A stretch of 64,000 nt of DNA from Lama guanicoe (taxonomy: Eukaryota). Shown one piece after another: positions 39,526 to 53,088 of the stretch (positions are counted from its first letter, which is position 1; every line of letters begins with the position of its first letter). The stretch covers positions 5,445,220-5,509,219 of the forward strand of contig MU054323.1 in NCBI GenBank assembly GCA_013239625.1, in the 5' to 3' direction. Under the pieces are notes generated by a model that made no database searches, was not told the DNA's origin, and worked only from the letters and a program-made list of their open reading frames with translations. A program made the translations under genes and the position numbers.

Positions 39526-40438
39526 TCTGTGCAATCAGGAAGGCTTCCTGGAGGGAGCACTACCCGGAAACTCTGAAGATGCACGTCCCAGCAGCCCCCG
39601 CTGTTTCTCAGGTTGGAAGTAACCTCAGAGGTCATTTGAGTCACTGTCTCATGGTTCAGCAAAGCACAGAGCTGAGTGCACAGTAATTGCTTGGACAACA
39701 TTTGGCGTTTGATCTTAAATGGGATCTATAGGAAAATGCAGCATACAGTTAGGCTGAGGGCGGAAGCTGGACCCAGGGTCCAGAGCCAGAGTGTTGATAC
39801 TGCCAGAGTGGGAGTCAGAGAAACACTGGGAGGCTCCTTACAAATTAACTCCGCTAACGGTGGGCAGGAGGGTGGGCAAGAGAATCTGTCCGATGCTTTG
39901 CAGCTGCTGTGTGTGTTAGAACTATCTCCTCCACAGTGAAAATATCCAGACAACTTCTGCTGCACACCATGTGTATTTGACAGTCATCTGATTTGGTTTC
40001 ACTGAACAGTATCTGGAATATTATACACACACACACACACACACTCATTTATAATTAGCCCATTGTTGCGCCTTTTCTCTGGAGCTGAAAGATTTCTAAT
40101 CTTGCAGTTTGAAAATCCCAGTAAAACATGTTCAGTGATAAATCTTTGCATGTGCTGCTCCTCCAGTCAGAGTCCTATGGCCACAGAGGCCATTAAAGGT
40201 CATTTGATCCTTTTTCCATTTTCCTGGAAAGACCCCAGCTAATGACAGGGTCATGTCTTGTTTTCAGGACCTCAGAAAAGGGTAAACACAGATGATCAGT
40301 GCTCGAAGAGCCCAGGGCTGTTCCATTCTGACAGTTAGAGGTTGCTCGCCCATCTGGAGCGGGCGGTGGGAACCTGAGCCCTGGGTCCCTGCGCACCGTC
40401 CTAACTTCTGCACTTTGCCTGCTTGACACTCTCAGCCC

Positions 40439-40831
40439 TGTATTACTCTGCTCAGAGTGTCACAACGAAGTATCACAGACTAGGGGGCTTGAATGACAGA
40501 AATTTATTTCCTTATAGTTCTAGAGATTACAAGCCCACCATCAAGTGCCAGCAGGTTTCGTGTGAGCGCCTCTCCTTGGCTGTCCTCCGACGTCTTCTTG
40601 CTGTGTCCTTGCGTGGCCTCTTCCCTGTGTGCACGTGTGGAGAGAGAGGGAGGTCTTGTGTCACCTTCTTTTCTTATAAGGACACCAGTCCTATCAGATG
40701 AGAGCCCTGCCCTTATGACTTCATTTAACCTGAATTACCTCCTTAAAGGAACTATCTCCAAATACAGTCACATCACGGGTTAGGACTTCAATGTGTGACA
40801 TTTGGAGGGATTCAGTTCAGTGTCCAGAACA
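40439..40831 (-). mobile_element. MLT1A-like solo LTR
   Basis: TG..CA ends; cacagactagggggcttgaatgacagaaatttattt...cttataaggacaccagtcctatc...tatctccaaatacagtcaca. Confidence 0.9.
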
Positions 40832-42452
40832 GCCACTCACTCATGAAGACCACCCTAAATCCTGATGCCGCTGTGTGGAGCTGGGTGGGGCTGAGCGTCA
40901 CACGTCGGGGTGCTCCTCTGCCTCGGGTCCAGTCTGTGCCTGGGTTCCTCATGTTGTCTCTCAGTGCTCATCACCCCGTCAGTCAGTCCTGGATCCCCTC
41001 CTCCCTCATTGCAAACTAGTCATAAACTCCTGGCTGTCCAGAGGCAGTCTTGCTTGAGCAATCAACAAATTTCTAATCTGGACACCCGTGGTGACAGCCT
41101 GCTTCTTGTCTTCTAGTCACCTAAAGGCTCTGGGCTGAGAAAATGGGGCTGCAGCTCCCACCATCTGGCAGCTTCCAGATGCTCACTGATTGTCAGCCCT
41201 CCCTGGACAGTACACTGTCCATGTTCAGGTGGAATTACAGGAATTAGATTTCTGAGCCCTGGTGGAGGTCATTTATTCTTCAGCAGATTTTGGCTGATAC
41301 TGATGGACTCTCCAGCCCATGTGAGCGGTGTGGCTCTTGCTTTTGCTATAGGCAGAGATGGGAGGTGGAGACATGGCCCTGATCTCCCTGAGGAGCATGA
41401 AGCCATCTCAAGGAGATGGGGAATCACAGCTGAAGTTCCTTTGTTGGAGATCAATCCAAGATTGCAGGCTGGAAGGCAAGGGGAGCAGGAACCCTGAGCA
41501 GGACGCCAGGCTTGTTTCCAGCTCTACCGTGTATTCTGCATGATTGGGTAACTGACAGCTCCTGTCTGAGCCTCAGCCCCCTGACTGACTGACCAGGAGT
41601 CAGACCAGTCAATGGTCTGTCCAGTCTACTCTGACCTGGCATGCCCTGCTCTGCCAACCTGCTATCAGATCCTCTGTCCTTTTCTTTCTGACCTGGTACA
41701 TTCAGGAGGATCTATTCCAGGAGGTTTCTTGGACTCCATGCAGATTCCTTGAGCATCTCCTAATCAGACTCACTCCCCTTGATTTCCCTGGATGGAACTG
41801 TGGCCCACGTACCTTCATGTCAAGGGCTTGTCTCATTTTCCAGGTCCAAGATGAATGCTCAGCGTTTTCACCAAGGGAATGGAGTATTTCTTCCAGGAAG
41901 TTAATAAGATTGTATATATTTTAGCCTTGGGGCACTGGAGAGGGGAAAGAAAAATTCCCTGAAACAACATGTCTCTTGTTTAATAAAGTTTTATTATTAT
42001 TATATATGAGTGTGTGAGAACGAGAAATCTATATCCGTTCTTCGCCATCACAGTTTTATTGGTTCTGAACTTAAAAAATCAGTTTGGTGTATAACAGAAT
42101 AAAGAATGGCTGACCGGTGAGTTTTATTATTTGGCTCTTCCAGGAAGCAATCTAATAGAGCAAGAGCTGATTGGAAAGTGTAGGTGATGTGGAAATGACT
42201 TACACAGAGGGGTGGGCTGTCCCAGCTCATATCTTGGGAAGGACAGGCAGGTGTGACAGGGGACAGGAGCCTCTTTGATTGAGGGCTGAACTAGCTCAGT
42301 GCAACATCCCAGCTTTGGGGAGTAAAGTCAGGCTGATAGTTTTGTTTTTCCTGACTCCCGTCTCCCAGTCCTTGTTTTGAACGCTCCTTCCACTGAGAGA
42401 ATCTTCCTCCCCTGGAAAATCCTTTGTTCAGGCAGGCCTCAGTCTTCTACCA

Positions 42453-42454
<2 letters not shown>

Positions 42455-42498
<44 letters not shown>
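42455..42498. repeat. (GT)n microsatellite
   Basis: about 22 perfect GT units. Confidence 0.95.
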
Positions 42499-42500
<2 letters not shown>

Positions 42501-42713
42501 ATGCACTGAGTGGCAGCTGATAGTCTCAGCCTGGGCTCTCCCTGGGAGATAGTACACCCTGCTTCCTGTTGGAGGTGGGTGAGCAGTCTAATTAACCATG
42601 ACCCCGTCCTTGGAACTCTAGAACCCTCTACATCCCAGATCTTGACCGAGGTTTTTTTCTGGCCTGAGGATGGTGGTAAATGACTCTTTAAGAAACATCA
42701 AAAACTGTTTCTG

Positions 42714-43472
42714 TTCCCCATAGTGGCTGCACAGATTTACATCCCCACCAACAGTGTACAACCGGCCTCCCCTTTCTCCACATTTGTTATTTGTGGTCCT
42801 TTTTCATATGATCCAGGAATTCCCTTGTTGAGCATAGCCGAAGCAAATGAAAACACTAATTCAAAAAGGTAACATGCACCCCACTGTTCAAAGCAGCATT
42901 ATTTACAATAGCCAAGATATGGAAGCAACCTAAGTGCCCATCGACAAGCAAAAGGATAGAGAAGATGTCATATATATATACATATGTATATATATATACA
43001 TATATATATAAAATGGAATATTACTCAGCCATTTAATAAAAAAGAATGAAATTCTGCCATTTGCAACAACATGAATGGACGTAGAGGGTATGCTTAGTGA
43101 AGAAAGTCAAGTGACAGAGAAGGACAAAGCTATATGTTATCACATGTGGAATCTAAAAAATAAAACAAAGGAGTGAATATAACAAAACAGAAATAGACTC
43201 ACAGATATAGAGAATAAACTAGTGGTTACCAGCAGGGAGAGGGAAGTAGGCAGGGGAAAGATGGGGGTAAGAAATTAAGAGGTTCAAACAACTATGTATA
43301 AAATAAATAAGCTACCAGAATCCATTGTACAGCACAGGGAAATGGACCCATTATTTTATAATAATTTTTAATGGAGTATAATCTATAAAAACACGGAATC
43401 ACTGTTGTACACCTGAAACTAATGTCATATTATAAATCAACTATATTTCAATGAAAAAAATTAAAATTAAAA
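42714..43472 (+). mobile_element. 5'-truncated L1 with 5' inversion
   Basis: 42714-42804 is antisense L1 (ccatagtggctgcacagatttacatcccca...catttgttatttgtggtc); 42805-43472 is sense L1 3' end with A-tail; TSD 42700-42713 / 43473-43486 (12/14 identical). Confidence 0.85.
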
Positions 43473-43772
43473 AAACACTATTTCTGGAGCCTCCACTCTA
43501 GGGTTAGCCTCTCTTCCCTTAATTTCCTGAGCTTCCTTGTTACTATTCACAGTAACTGACTTGTGAAAGCCTGAACTAGATAAAATCTAAAATATTTTAA
43601 ATTTGGCTTTGTTGAGTAAAGCCGCAGATACGATTCTCTTTAGATCTTAAGGTAGTACTTCGAGGTCAGGTGGCGTAAGCTAAAACAAACTCAGCAAGCT
43701 TATTCCCAGGAGACCATGATGACAATAGGGCTTGGGGGGGTGAGTCGGTGGGGCAGAGGTGACATGATGCAA

Positions 43773-44148
43773 AGTATACCCGTCTGCCATGGCCGCCATA
43801 ACCAGGTACCCCACATGGGGTGCCTTAAACAACGAAAGTGTGTTTTCTCTCAGCTCTGGAGGCAAGAAGTCTGAGATCAGGGTGTTGGCAGGGTGGCCCT
43901 TTTTAAGGTCTCTCTCCTTGACGGGCAGGTGGCTGTCTTCCCTTTGTGTCTTCATGTAGTCTTCTCTCTGTTCACATCTGTGTCCTAATTTCCTCTTCTT
44001 ATAAGGACTCCAGCCAGATGGAGTTAAGGCCCATCCTAATGACCTAATTTAACTTAATTACAGTCCTTCTTTCAAGACTCTGTGTCTGAGTACAGTCCCA
44101 TTCTGAAGCACTGGGGTGAGGACTTCAACACAGTTCAGCTCCTAACAC
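43773..44148 (-). mobile_element. MLT1B-like solo LTR
   Basis: cagctctggaggcaagaagtctgagatcagggtgttggcagg...cctcttcttataaggactccagcc...gaggacttcaacac. Confidence 0.85.
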
Positions 44149-46539
44149 ATGGGGTAAAGGGACAGGACCTATGTGAGACACACACCAGAAGTCAGGAAGT
44201 GAAATGTGCCTTTGCTGTGGTCTGCCTTCCTCCTGCACTACAGTGTGTCCTCCCAGTTCTCAGGGGCCAAGGTCCCCATCGTCCCTCGGCCCACCCCGTC
44301 CCTCCTCCTCCAGCACACGAGCAGTACAATGACTGATGAGGCACAGAAGGTGAACTCACTTATAGAAAATAAGCCTCTAGTGATGGAATTATAAATACTA
44401 GCCACGGAAAATAGATACTATTTTTAATAAAGAACCACAGAAAACAGATATTATTTTGGATAAAGAAATAGATATTATTTTTGATAAAGAAGATTGTGCT
44501 TTGCACAGGAAACAGCCACTCTCCCTGTCTCAGCCCGACTGGGATGGTGAGGTTTATTTGGTCCCTGAAGATCTGAATCAGCTACTTAGAGCCTCACTGC
44601 CTTTTGTTTCCTCCAGTGTTACAGTGAGAAACCAGCACTCCCAAACCATAGAAATGCCAAGTGGAGTCAAGGGAAGGCTGTGTGGACCTGAGTGGCTGTC
44701 TTTCCTGCCTGAATATCAGAGACTAAAGTTCTCCCTCCCAGAGAAAGAGTACGGGTTGGGTAGTGACACTCTGGGAGGGGCACCAAGCCTCCACCAGGGA
44801 AATGTACATCTGAATTACTTTGGGGAACAACGTGCAGGAATGCCTCACAGTTCAGCAGATTTAAGTGACTCAGAGCTACTCTGTGTTGAGTAGACGGTTT
44901 CCATAACCGGGTAGACGGCTCCTCTGAAGGGGGCGGGCGGGAGGGGCGCCTCCTCCCATCTAGAACCTTTAACGGGAGGGCAGCCTCCTCCCATCTAGAA
45001 CCTTTATCCAATCAGGGAGCTCCTCCACATTCCAGGCGGAGTTTCCTGCAGGGGCACCAGTGCCCGCAGCAACAAAGCAGTGGAGGCGGCCTCACCCACC
45101 TCTCTGCTTCCAGTGCCCTCCATCCTCTGTCTTAGACTTGGCATCTCCTGGGGATAACTATTAAAAGCTCCAAGTCTTCTAATTTTTTGCACTGAATTCT
45201 CATGACACTTTAAACATTGCCATGGATGGAATTAATGAACGGAAACCTCCTGGACATCCAGCCGGAATTCTCAGAACCTCAACAGTCTTGACTCTGAGAG
45301 CTTAGGACCACTTGGCACTTAAATGATCCCTAATTTTGTTTCTGATTAGTACCAAGTAGTCCCTCAGTTGCTCTGGCTACTCTTTCGCCTTCTGCTTGGC
45401 CATGAGCTTGTCTGACTCACTCTGCTCTTTGTCTCATGGACATGGTTCAGGTCCAGAGGGTCCCTCAGAGGCGGGAGTTTATGATTCCCAAGGACACAAG
45501 TGGTGGAGAGGATCACTCTTTTTACAGGACGATCTTTACAAAAGAAAAGCCAACGCTCTCTGCATAGATAACCAGAAACATCCTAAAACTTTCCTCCTGT
45601 GTTCTCAGTGCCTAGAATTATATTACTGGAACTCGACTCCCTTAGGATTGTAAGTAATTTTGGTCTTTTAAAGTCCTTTATTAAAATGCAAAGACATCTA
45701 GGAAGGGGGAAAACTTATATTATCAACAAGAATTTGAAGTCATTGAGAGCAGGAAAGATGACTCCAGTGCCTTTGCTTATATATTACATTCTCAGCTGCC
45801 CAGGACTCTCAGAAGGTTAAGTCATTCCATATAATCAAGGTGTATGGCTTACTGAAGATTTACCTCTTATAAGTCTAATTTCAGTAAAAGGAAATATTTT
45901 GGATAGAGATCTCATCTAAACTGTTTTGTGCTACTCCCCTCCTTCTTAAATGCACCCTTCCCAAGGCAATGGAACATTTTCTTGATAATTCAAGGTCATC
46001 ATTATGAACTCCCACCGCTGTCCTCGGCATTGACTCTCTGCAGTGGGCTGGGTTGTTTGTACCTGCAACAGCAGTCTTTGCATTGCCTTTTAAGCTGCCT
46101 TTTCCCTCTCATGTAAGCCACTTCCACTGTCTTGCTCACGCCAAAGTGTTTGCCTTAGGCGTTCTTTCTCTTTCTAACCTCTTCTTTTAATCACCTGTGG
46201 GTAAGAAGTATGATACCCAAGCTTTTGGGGGCTGGTGAGTAAAATAAGAGAAGACAGGTTGTGAATTAGAATGTTTCCCATAGACAGAGGCAAGAATGTT
46301 ATTACAGGACCCACTAATTCTTACTACAGATATTTTTGCCTTTTCTCTGACTCTGAGCTAGTATTTGGATAAGTGAGGTGACCAGATATCCTAGTACGTG
46401 ATACAGGAGGCGAGCTTCTTTAGAAAGTTAGGGGCAGAGATGCCTACCCTACAGTGTCAGGCAAGGACAGCAGTTGGTGGCCCCATGGCTCAAACTTGCC
46501 TCAGCAATCCCTGCCCAGTCTGTGACGAATTTCCCCAAA

Positions 46540-46640
46540 GTCAGTTATTTTCCAACGTGGGACACTTTCGAGAATGAAAGGGCGCCATATCAATCATTAC
46601 TTTGAGACAACAGGCATAGACCAGGACCCTCGTAGGGGCT
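46540..46640 (+). mobile_element. MER94-like hAT relic
   Basis: tccaacgtgggacactttcgagaatgaaagggcgccatatcaatcattactttgagacaacaggcatagaccaggac. Confidence 0.65.
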
Positions 46641-47096
46641 CCCTATTTCTAGGAAACACTGCGGCAACATGAGCTGGTACAGAGAACTAAAAATGTCATG
46701 GACGGCTGCAAGGTGGGATGTTCATCACGGCAGCGATCACAGACTCCAGCTGGGCAACTTCTCCGCTTGGATTTAAGTTTATAGGTCATGGACTCTGACC
46801 GATGGCTAAGACAGACTTCTTAACAAGGCTAAAACTAAGACTTTACTATCTCTTTCATATTGTATATGCTTACTCTTCTGCTTCCAAATACTACCAAATG
46901 TCTTGGGTTGGCAAATAAAAAGTGTTTCTGGATTATTTTTCTTGAAGTATCTGCTATTAGTAGTGTATGGACTTCAGCTGGGGCTAAAGTATGACAATCA
47001 TTAAATCAGATAGTGTATCTAAACTGCTTAGTCTACTATCTGGCATAGAGTAGGTACTCAGTATTAGCTAAAGCAAATACATGTAATTGTGTGGGT

Positions 47097-47097
<1 letters not shown>

Positions 47098-47133
<36 letters not shown>
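47098..47133. repeat. (CA)n microsatellite
   Basis: about 18 CA units. Confidence 0.95.
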
Positions 47134-47135
<2 letters not shown>

Positions 47136-47149
47136 TTTGCTTTTAAGCT

Positions 47150-47680
47150 AAAGACAATCTGGCAATGTGTGTCAATATTTAAAATACCCTTTCACCTACA
47201 TAACCAACTTCTAAGAATCTGTCCTAAGGAAAAACGTGTTTATCACAATGTTTTTTATAATATTGAAAAATTGGAATAATGCAAATCTGTCAATAGGCTA
47301 TTATTTAAAAGAATAACAGAGCATCTATACAATAGAATATGATATACAAGTCTTAAAAAATAACAAAGTAGAATTTTATTTATTGATATGAGAAAGTCAA
47401 TGATATATTACCAAATGAATATGCAACTGAGAAAGCAGTATTTGCAGTGTGATTTTTGTCAAAACAATAAAATGAAAGAAAAGACATCAAAAATACCTTG
47501 AAGAGATTTACCAAAATTAAATTAGTTATTATCTCAAATTACGGGATAACTGTCCTTATTTTCTTTTCTGAATGTTCTGAATTTTATTTCATACAAATGT
47601 ATTTCATAATTATATATATATATATCCCATATATACATATATATGTATGTAACTTTCATAACCAGAATAAAGTAATGCAA
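47150..47680 (+). mobile_element. Old L1ME-like 3' fragment
   Basis: acaatctggcaatgtgtgtcaatatttaaaatac...acttctaagaatctgtcctaagg...aaaaattggaataatgcaaatctg. Confidence 0.6.
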
Positions 47681-49339
47681 CTGCTTAAAAATCATTCTTC
47701 ACTCAGATGTCAGCCCCTCTGAGAGGTGCTCCTTGACTCTCTGGTTAATGTTCAAAGGTGCTTCTCCTGTGTGCGCTCATAATGCCCTGTGCATGTAAAA
47801 ATTACTTGGCATTTATCCCTGTGCACTATAGCTTTCCTATTACATATCAGTCTCATCGAGAAAACCATCTGAATTTGAGGGCATGCCCTTTACCTGCTTC
47901 AGTTTTGATTTTCCCTTATATGCCATCTGGCTTATAGCTTATGCTCAGTAAATGTTTGTTGAATGAATAGATGCATAAAAGAATAGGTCTCATGGCTTCT
48001 AGAACCAAACCTGTCTTCAGGGTCTAGTGAGAAAGCCAAAGTAGAAGCGGTGCCTAACTTGCCCTCCATAATCTGGGTACACCACACAAGGATCACAGTC
48101 TGGGATCCCCTGAAGGGGTTCCCTCAAGTACACAGCAAATCCCCTTTTGCTGAAAGTAAGAATAAAGACTTAAATGGATGAAAGGAACAGAAGAGACTGT
48201 AACAGCACCAGCTCCATCCGAAGCAGAGGATCTGGTAATGGCTGGCACCAAGACCTGCAAATCACTCTGAAATTAAAAGTCACAGAAGTGCAGGAATCTT
48301 AGAGATCAAATAATCCACCTTTCTCATTTCACAGGTGAAGAAACGATGGCCCAAAGAGGAGAGACGATTTCCCAAAGACACAGGGCAGGTTAGCAGCAGA
48401 ATGTAGGCTGGAACCCAGAGCCCCTCCCCACGCCCTTCAAAGCTGCCTCTTTCCTCAAAGCCACAGCCTGAGGTTTACGCTCTAGTTTTCTAGCTGGACG
48501 AATAGAAGGCGAAATCAGGTTGTTCCCTATTCATCTCTGTTTGTCTCTTTTCCCTTCTTCCATCCACTCTATATGCCGTTTGAACTGAACCGCTTCCCAG
48601 AGCAACTGCCCCTCTGTGGGCAATCCGCATGCATCCAGAGACCCGGCTGCCCTGGGTGCTGAATCTCACCTATCAGGATTTTGTTCTGTTGAATGAAAGC
48701 AAATCCTGCATCAGGCAACAAATACTTTCCAATTCTTGAATAATTGAAAGGCTGGGCCCCAAGCCACAGCAGGCGAGGAACTGATTAGAAATGGAGCACT
48801 GGGGGACCAGCAGCCAGCACCACCCCTGTGAGTCTGGGCACTCCGCAGGGAACCCGCCTCCCTCAGGGCTGGCTGCCAGGGCCCAGGCCTGTTTGTGGGA
48901 CAGCGGGAAGAACTTTGCAAGCATTAGCATTTTCGTGATTCCATAGCAACCCTCTGCTTCTGCTACCGAATTAATCTATATGGTAAAAGCAAGCAAACAG
49001 AGATCCCTTAATGTACCCCGTCCCCAAGCCTGTGCAAACTGTTCAAAGGAATTGAAAGTATGACTCGAACAAATATCTTCACATCATTGTCAAATGGACT
49101 GTCGGTGCACATAAGCCCATTTCTCGACTCACGTGTAAGTACTGAGACAATATGAGCCTTTCCCTCATTTTGATGCTCTCCTTTCCCAGGTCAGAGGAGG
49201 AAATCAAACACACCTCTCACTGACAGGGCTCTGCAGCCTTATAACCACAGCATCTCTAAGATCCACTTAATGAGGCAGGCAGAACAGAGATCTCCTTTAT
49301 CCAGGGGAGATCAGATAGCAAACAGGGATGGGACTCCGG

Positions 49340-50000
49340 ACCTCCAGCCCACGCCTGCATAACCCTCTGGGACCAGCTGCCTCCTGCCTTCCGTGCTTCC
49401 TACCCACGCTCAAAACGGCAGCCACGGTCATCGCTGCAAACGTCAAGTGTGACCAGATCACTTCCCCGTTTACACCTCTATTTTGTCAGCTGTTTTCCGT
49501 CGCTCTCGAGATAGAGCCCTGAGTCCTGAAGCGGGGATTCCAGGCCCTCCTCACTCCAGTCTGAGTGCCTCCAGGTTCGTGCCCCCTCTGCAATGGTCAT
49601 TCCCCACCCACGGCGACTTTGGCCACCCTTCTGTCTTCGGACGTGCCAGACTCAGCGCTCCGGTCCTTCTCATGTGTGTCTGGACATGTTCAGGTCTGGA
49701 ACATTCTCCCCTTGTGAGCTCCTCTTCACCCCTCAAGGCTTTGATCTCTGGGGATCTCTAATTCCTAAGGAGGGGAATCCTTACAGAATACATCCCTATA
49801 GCACCCTCTCCTCCTCTTTCTTCTTCCTGGTGATTCCTGCTCCGGGGCCCTCTTTCCCATCAGACCGAGAGCCTCATGGAACTGCAGGATCACAACTGTC
49901 GGGGTCACATCTACGAAGCAGCACCAACAACGACGTCTGTCTCAGAGCAGGGCTTAGTAAACATTTGCTGAATGGACAAATAAACAAACGGCTAAATAAA
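49340..50000 (+). mobile_element. L2 fragment with 3' end
   Basis: aaacgtcaagtgtgaccagatcacttcccc...ctggaacattctcccc...cttagtaaacatttgctgaatgg. Confidence 0.7.
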
Positions 50001-51579
50001 AAGCAAACAGAAACAGAATCAAAACCAGGCTACTGAAAAGTCCTTACTGAGCATCTTTTCAATCGTTTTTTAAATGTTTTAATGAATATTTATGTAGTGT
50101 CTGCTACATGCCAGGAACTGCTCTAGGTACAGGAAAGACCACAGTGAAGAACACAGGCAGAAATCCCCGCATTCATGAGGTGGTTTTTTTTTTTTTCTTT
50201 CTTTCTGGTTAAAGGAGACAATAATGAAGAAAATAACAGAAGGTGTAGTTTGTTCAATGGTGCTTAGAATCACTGGAGGGGTGATACGGGAGGAAGCAGG
50301 ATGTATTAAACAGAGGTGCTGACCACAGGCAGCTAAAACTAATTCTCGCGTTTCCTAAGAGGTCCACACAGTCCGTATTCCACTAAATTTCTTTTCTCTT
50401 TTATCCAATTCCCCTAATGGTGTACATTTAATTAGTTTTCTATTTTAATGCTATTTTAGCTCATTCTGGGATGATATATGGGTCAGGCATCATTTTTTCT
50501 CCCATCAAATTATTTCCTTTGGATAAATTCCTAAATGGCGAAGTATTTAATCAAATGTACATTTTTAAGATCTTGCGATGCACCTCCATTTTGTCACCAC
50601 AAATAATTTTAGAAATTTATGAGGTCATTTTAGAGGGGGCAAAAAAGTACCACTTTCATCATAGCATCAGCAGGATTGAGAACTATTGTTTGCTTTACAG
50701 TTGTTATTTTAGTAGATGTGAAAATGGTATTTCCAGGTTAGTTTCATTTGTACTTCTTTGATTCTCCATTTTTTATTTTCAAAAATCTGATCACCCAGAC
50801 ACAAAGCAGTGTTTCTCTCCCTTGTGGACAAGCATGATTACGTTTCCTAGACTTGAGATCTCTGCATTTTCAACAAGAGAGCAGAGAAAGCATCAAAGAC
50901 CACGGCAGGAAAAGAGCTTCCACAGAATGACCAGGTTTTTCCATTAGGATAACTAGATCATGAAAGCTATGAGAACTGAAATATAAAAAAGATCGGTAAG
51001 GTTCTAAAGCAAATCTACTGTGTTGGCACCATGTCAAATATTTACATATCGAATGCTTAAGGCAAATAAGCAATAATCACATGTGATACTAAGAACTGAA
51101 GTTGTAATGGTTCCTAAGGGCCTTGTAGAAATCAACATCTCTTGACCAATTGAAGAGCAGCTCTCAAAGGTGATGTTTCTTGCTCCCTGTTTGCCTTTGT
51201 TGAGTAAATATTTTTCATTCTACATCTTGGAGGTTCAACTATTCAGATAATTTCTGTAAGGCTGAATAAACTAGTAAGTAAAGGCTTTTTCAGTTATTTC
51301 ATTTTTTAAATGAAATTTAATCTATTTAGATCACTCACCACCATATTTCATTCTTAAATTATCACTAATATGTAGTTTTCAAAGGTATACGTGGATTCTA
51401 ACCAGTCAAATGTCAGACTGATTTTCAGTTCAAAGATAGTTATTGGAAATGTTCACTTTTAATTACTGTCAAATATGAGACACCCTGGACATCTTATGTT
51501 TTTCCTATTGTTTGGCATATTTTTTCTTTTGATGTCAACTAGATACCATGTCTTTTGATTTTAACTAGATTTTATGTAT

Positions 51580-52530
51580 TTACATTTATTTTACTTAATG
51601 TGGCATAATTTACATATAACATTGACCATTTTTGATGTGCAGTCCTATGAGTTTGATACATCAGGTTATAAATAATGTAACAGCTACCAGAATCCGATAT
51701 AGCCACCTTCAAAAATATCCTTATGCCCCTTAGCAGTCAAGTTCTCCCTCTGTTTTCAGCCCCTGGCAACTACTGATGTATTTTGCCTTTTCCAGGCAAA
51801 ATTTCATTATATTATTTCATTATATAAATAGAATCATACAGTATGCAGCCTTTTGAGTCTAGCTTCTTTCATTTGGCAGAATGCATTGGAGATTCGTCCA
51901 GGATGCTGCATTTTTCTGCATTTTTCATTGCAAAATAGTATTCCTTCATGTGGATGTGCCAGAATTTGTTTATCCACTTATAGCATTAAGTACATTTTGA
52001 GTTGTTTTCAGTTTAGAGAAATTGTAAATAAAGCTGCCCTAGACATTCAGGCACAAGTTTTTGTGTGATCATGTTTTCATTTCTCTTGGGTAAATATCTA
52101 GGAGTGGCATTTCTGGGTTGTACAGTGACTTACATAAAATTGCTGTACATTTTGCATTCCTACCAGCAATGTGAGGGAATTCTAGTCATTTTACATGCTC
52201 AACACCTCTTGGTATTGTCTGATATTTTTATTTTAGCCTTTGTATTAGGTGTGTAGCAGTATCGCACTATGATTTTAATTTGCATTTTTCTGATGACTAA
52301 CAGCTGAGCAACATTTCTTAGGCTTACTTGTTATCCATTTTTCGGTGAAGTGTCTTCAAATATCTTTTCATGTTTAATTGGGTTGGGTGATTTCTTATTA
52401 TTGAATTTGCAGAGCAACTTACATATTTTGGATCTAAGTCCTTTCTATCTTGCCAATATCTTCTCTTTGTCCATGGCTTGTCTTTTCATTTTTTTTAACA
52501 GTATCTTTTGCAAATCAGAAATTTTTCTAA
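51580..52530 (-). mobile_element. Old L1M 3' region (antisense)
   Basis: cagcccctggcaactactgat...tagaatcatacagtatg...tgggtaaatatctaggagtggcatttctggg...ttttgcattcctaccagcaatgtgaggg. Confidence 0.85.
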
Positions 52531-52542
52531 CCTTTTTCCCCT

Positions 52543-53088
52543 GTTTTTTTTAAATTGAAGTATAGTCAGTTTACAATGTTGTGTCAATTTATGGTGTACA
52601 ACATAATGTTTCACTCATACATATACATACATATATCCCTTTTCACATTCTTTTTCATTTTAGGTTACTACAAGATATTGAATATGGTTCCCTGTGCTGT
52701 ACAATAGAAACCTGTTGTTTATCTGTTTTATATATAGTAGTTAGTATTTGCAAATCTCAAACGCAATTTATCTCTTCCTACCTCCTTTCTCCCCTGGTAA
52801 CCAAAAGTTTGTTTTCTATGTCTTGAGTCTCTGTTTTGTAAATAAGTTCATTTGTGTCTCCTTTTTAAATTCCATATATAAGTGATATCATATGGTATTT
52901 TTCTTTCTCTTTCTGGCTTACTTTACTTAGAATGATGACCTCTAGGTCCATCCATGTTGCTGCAAATGGCATTATTTTATTCTTTTTTATGGCTGAGTAG
53001 TATTCCATTGTATACATACACCACAACTTCTTTATCCAGTCATCTGTTGATGGACACTTAGGTTGTTTCCATGTCTTGGCTGTTGCTT
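52543..53088 (-). mobile_element. Young 5'-truncated L1 (ORF2 C-terminus plus 3' UTR)
   Basis: ORF 52865-53113 encodes KTWKQPKCPSTDDWIKKLW...YYSAIKKNKIMPFAATWMDLE, the L1 ORF2 C-terminus; T-tract tail at about 52543. Confidence 0.92.
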
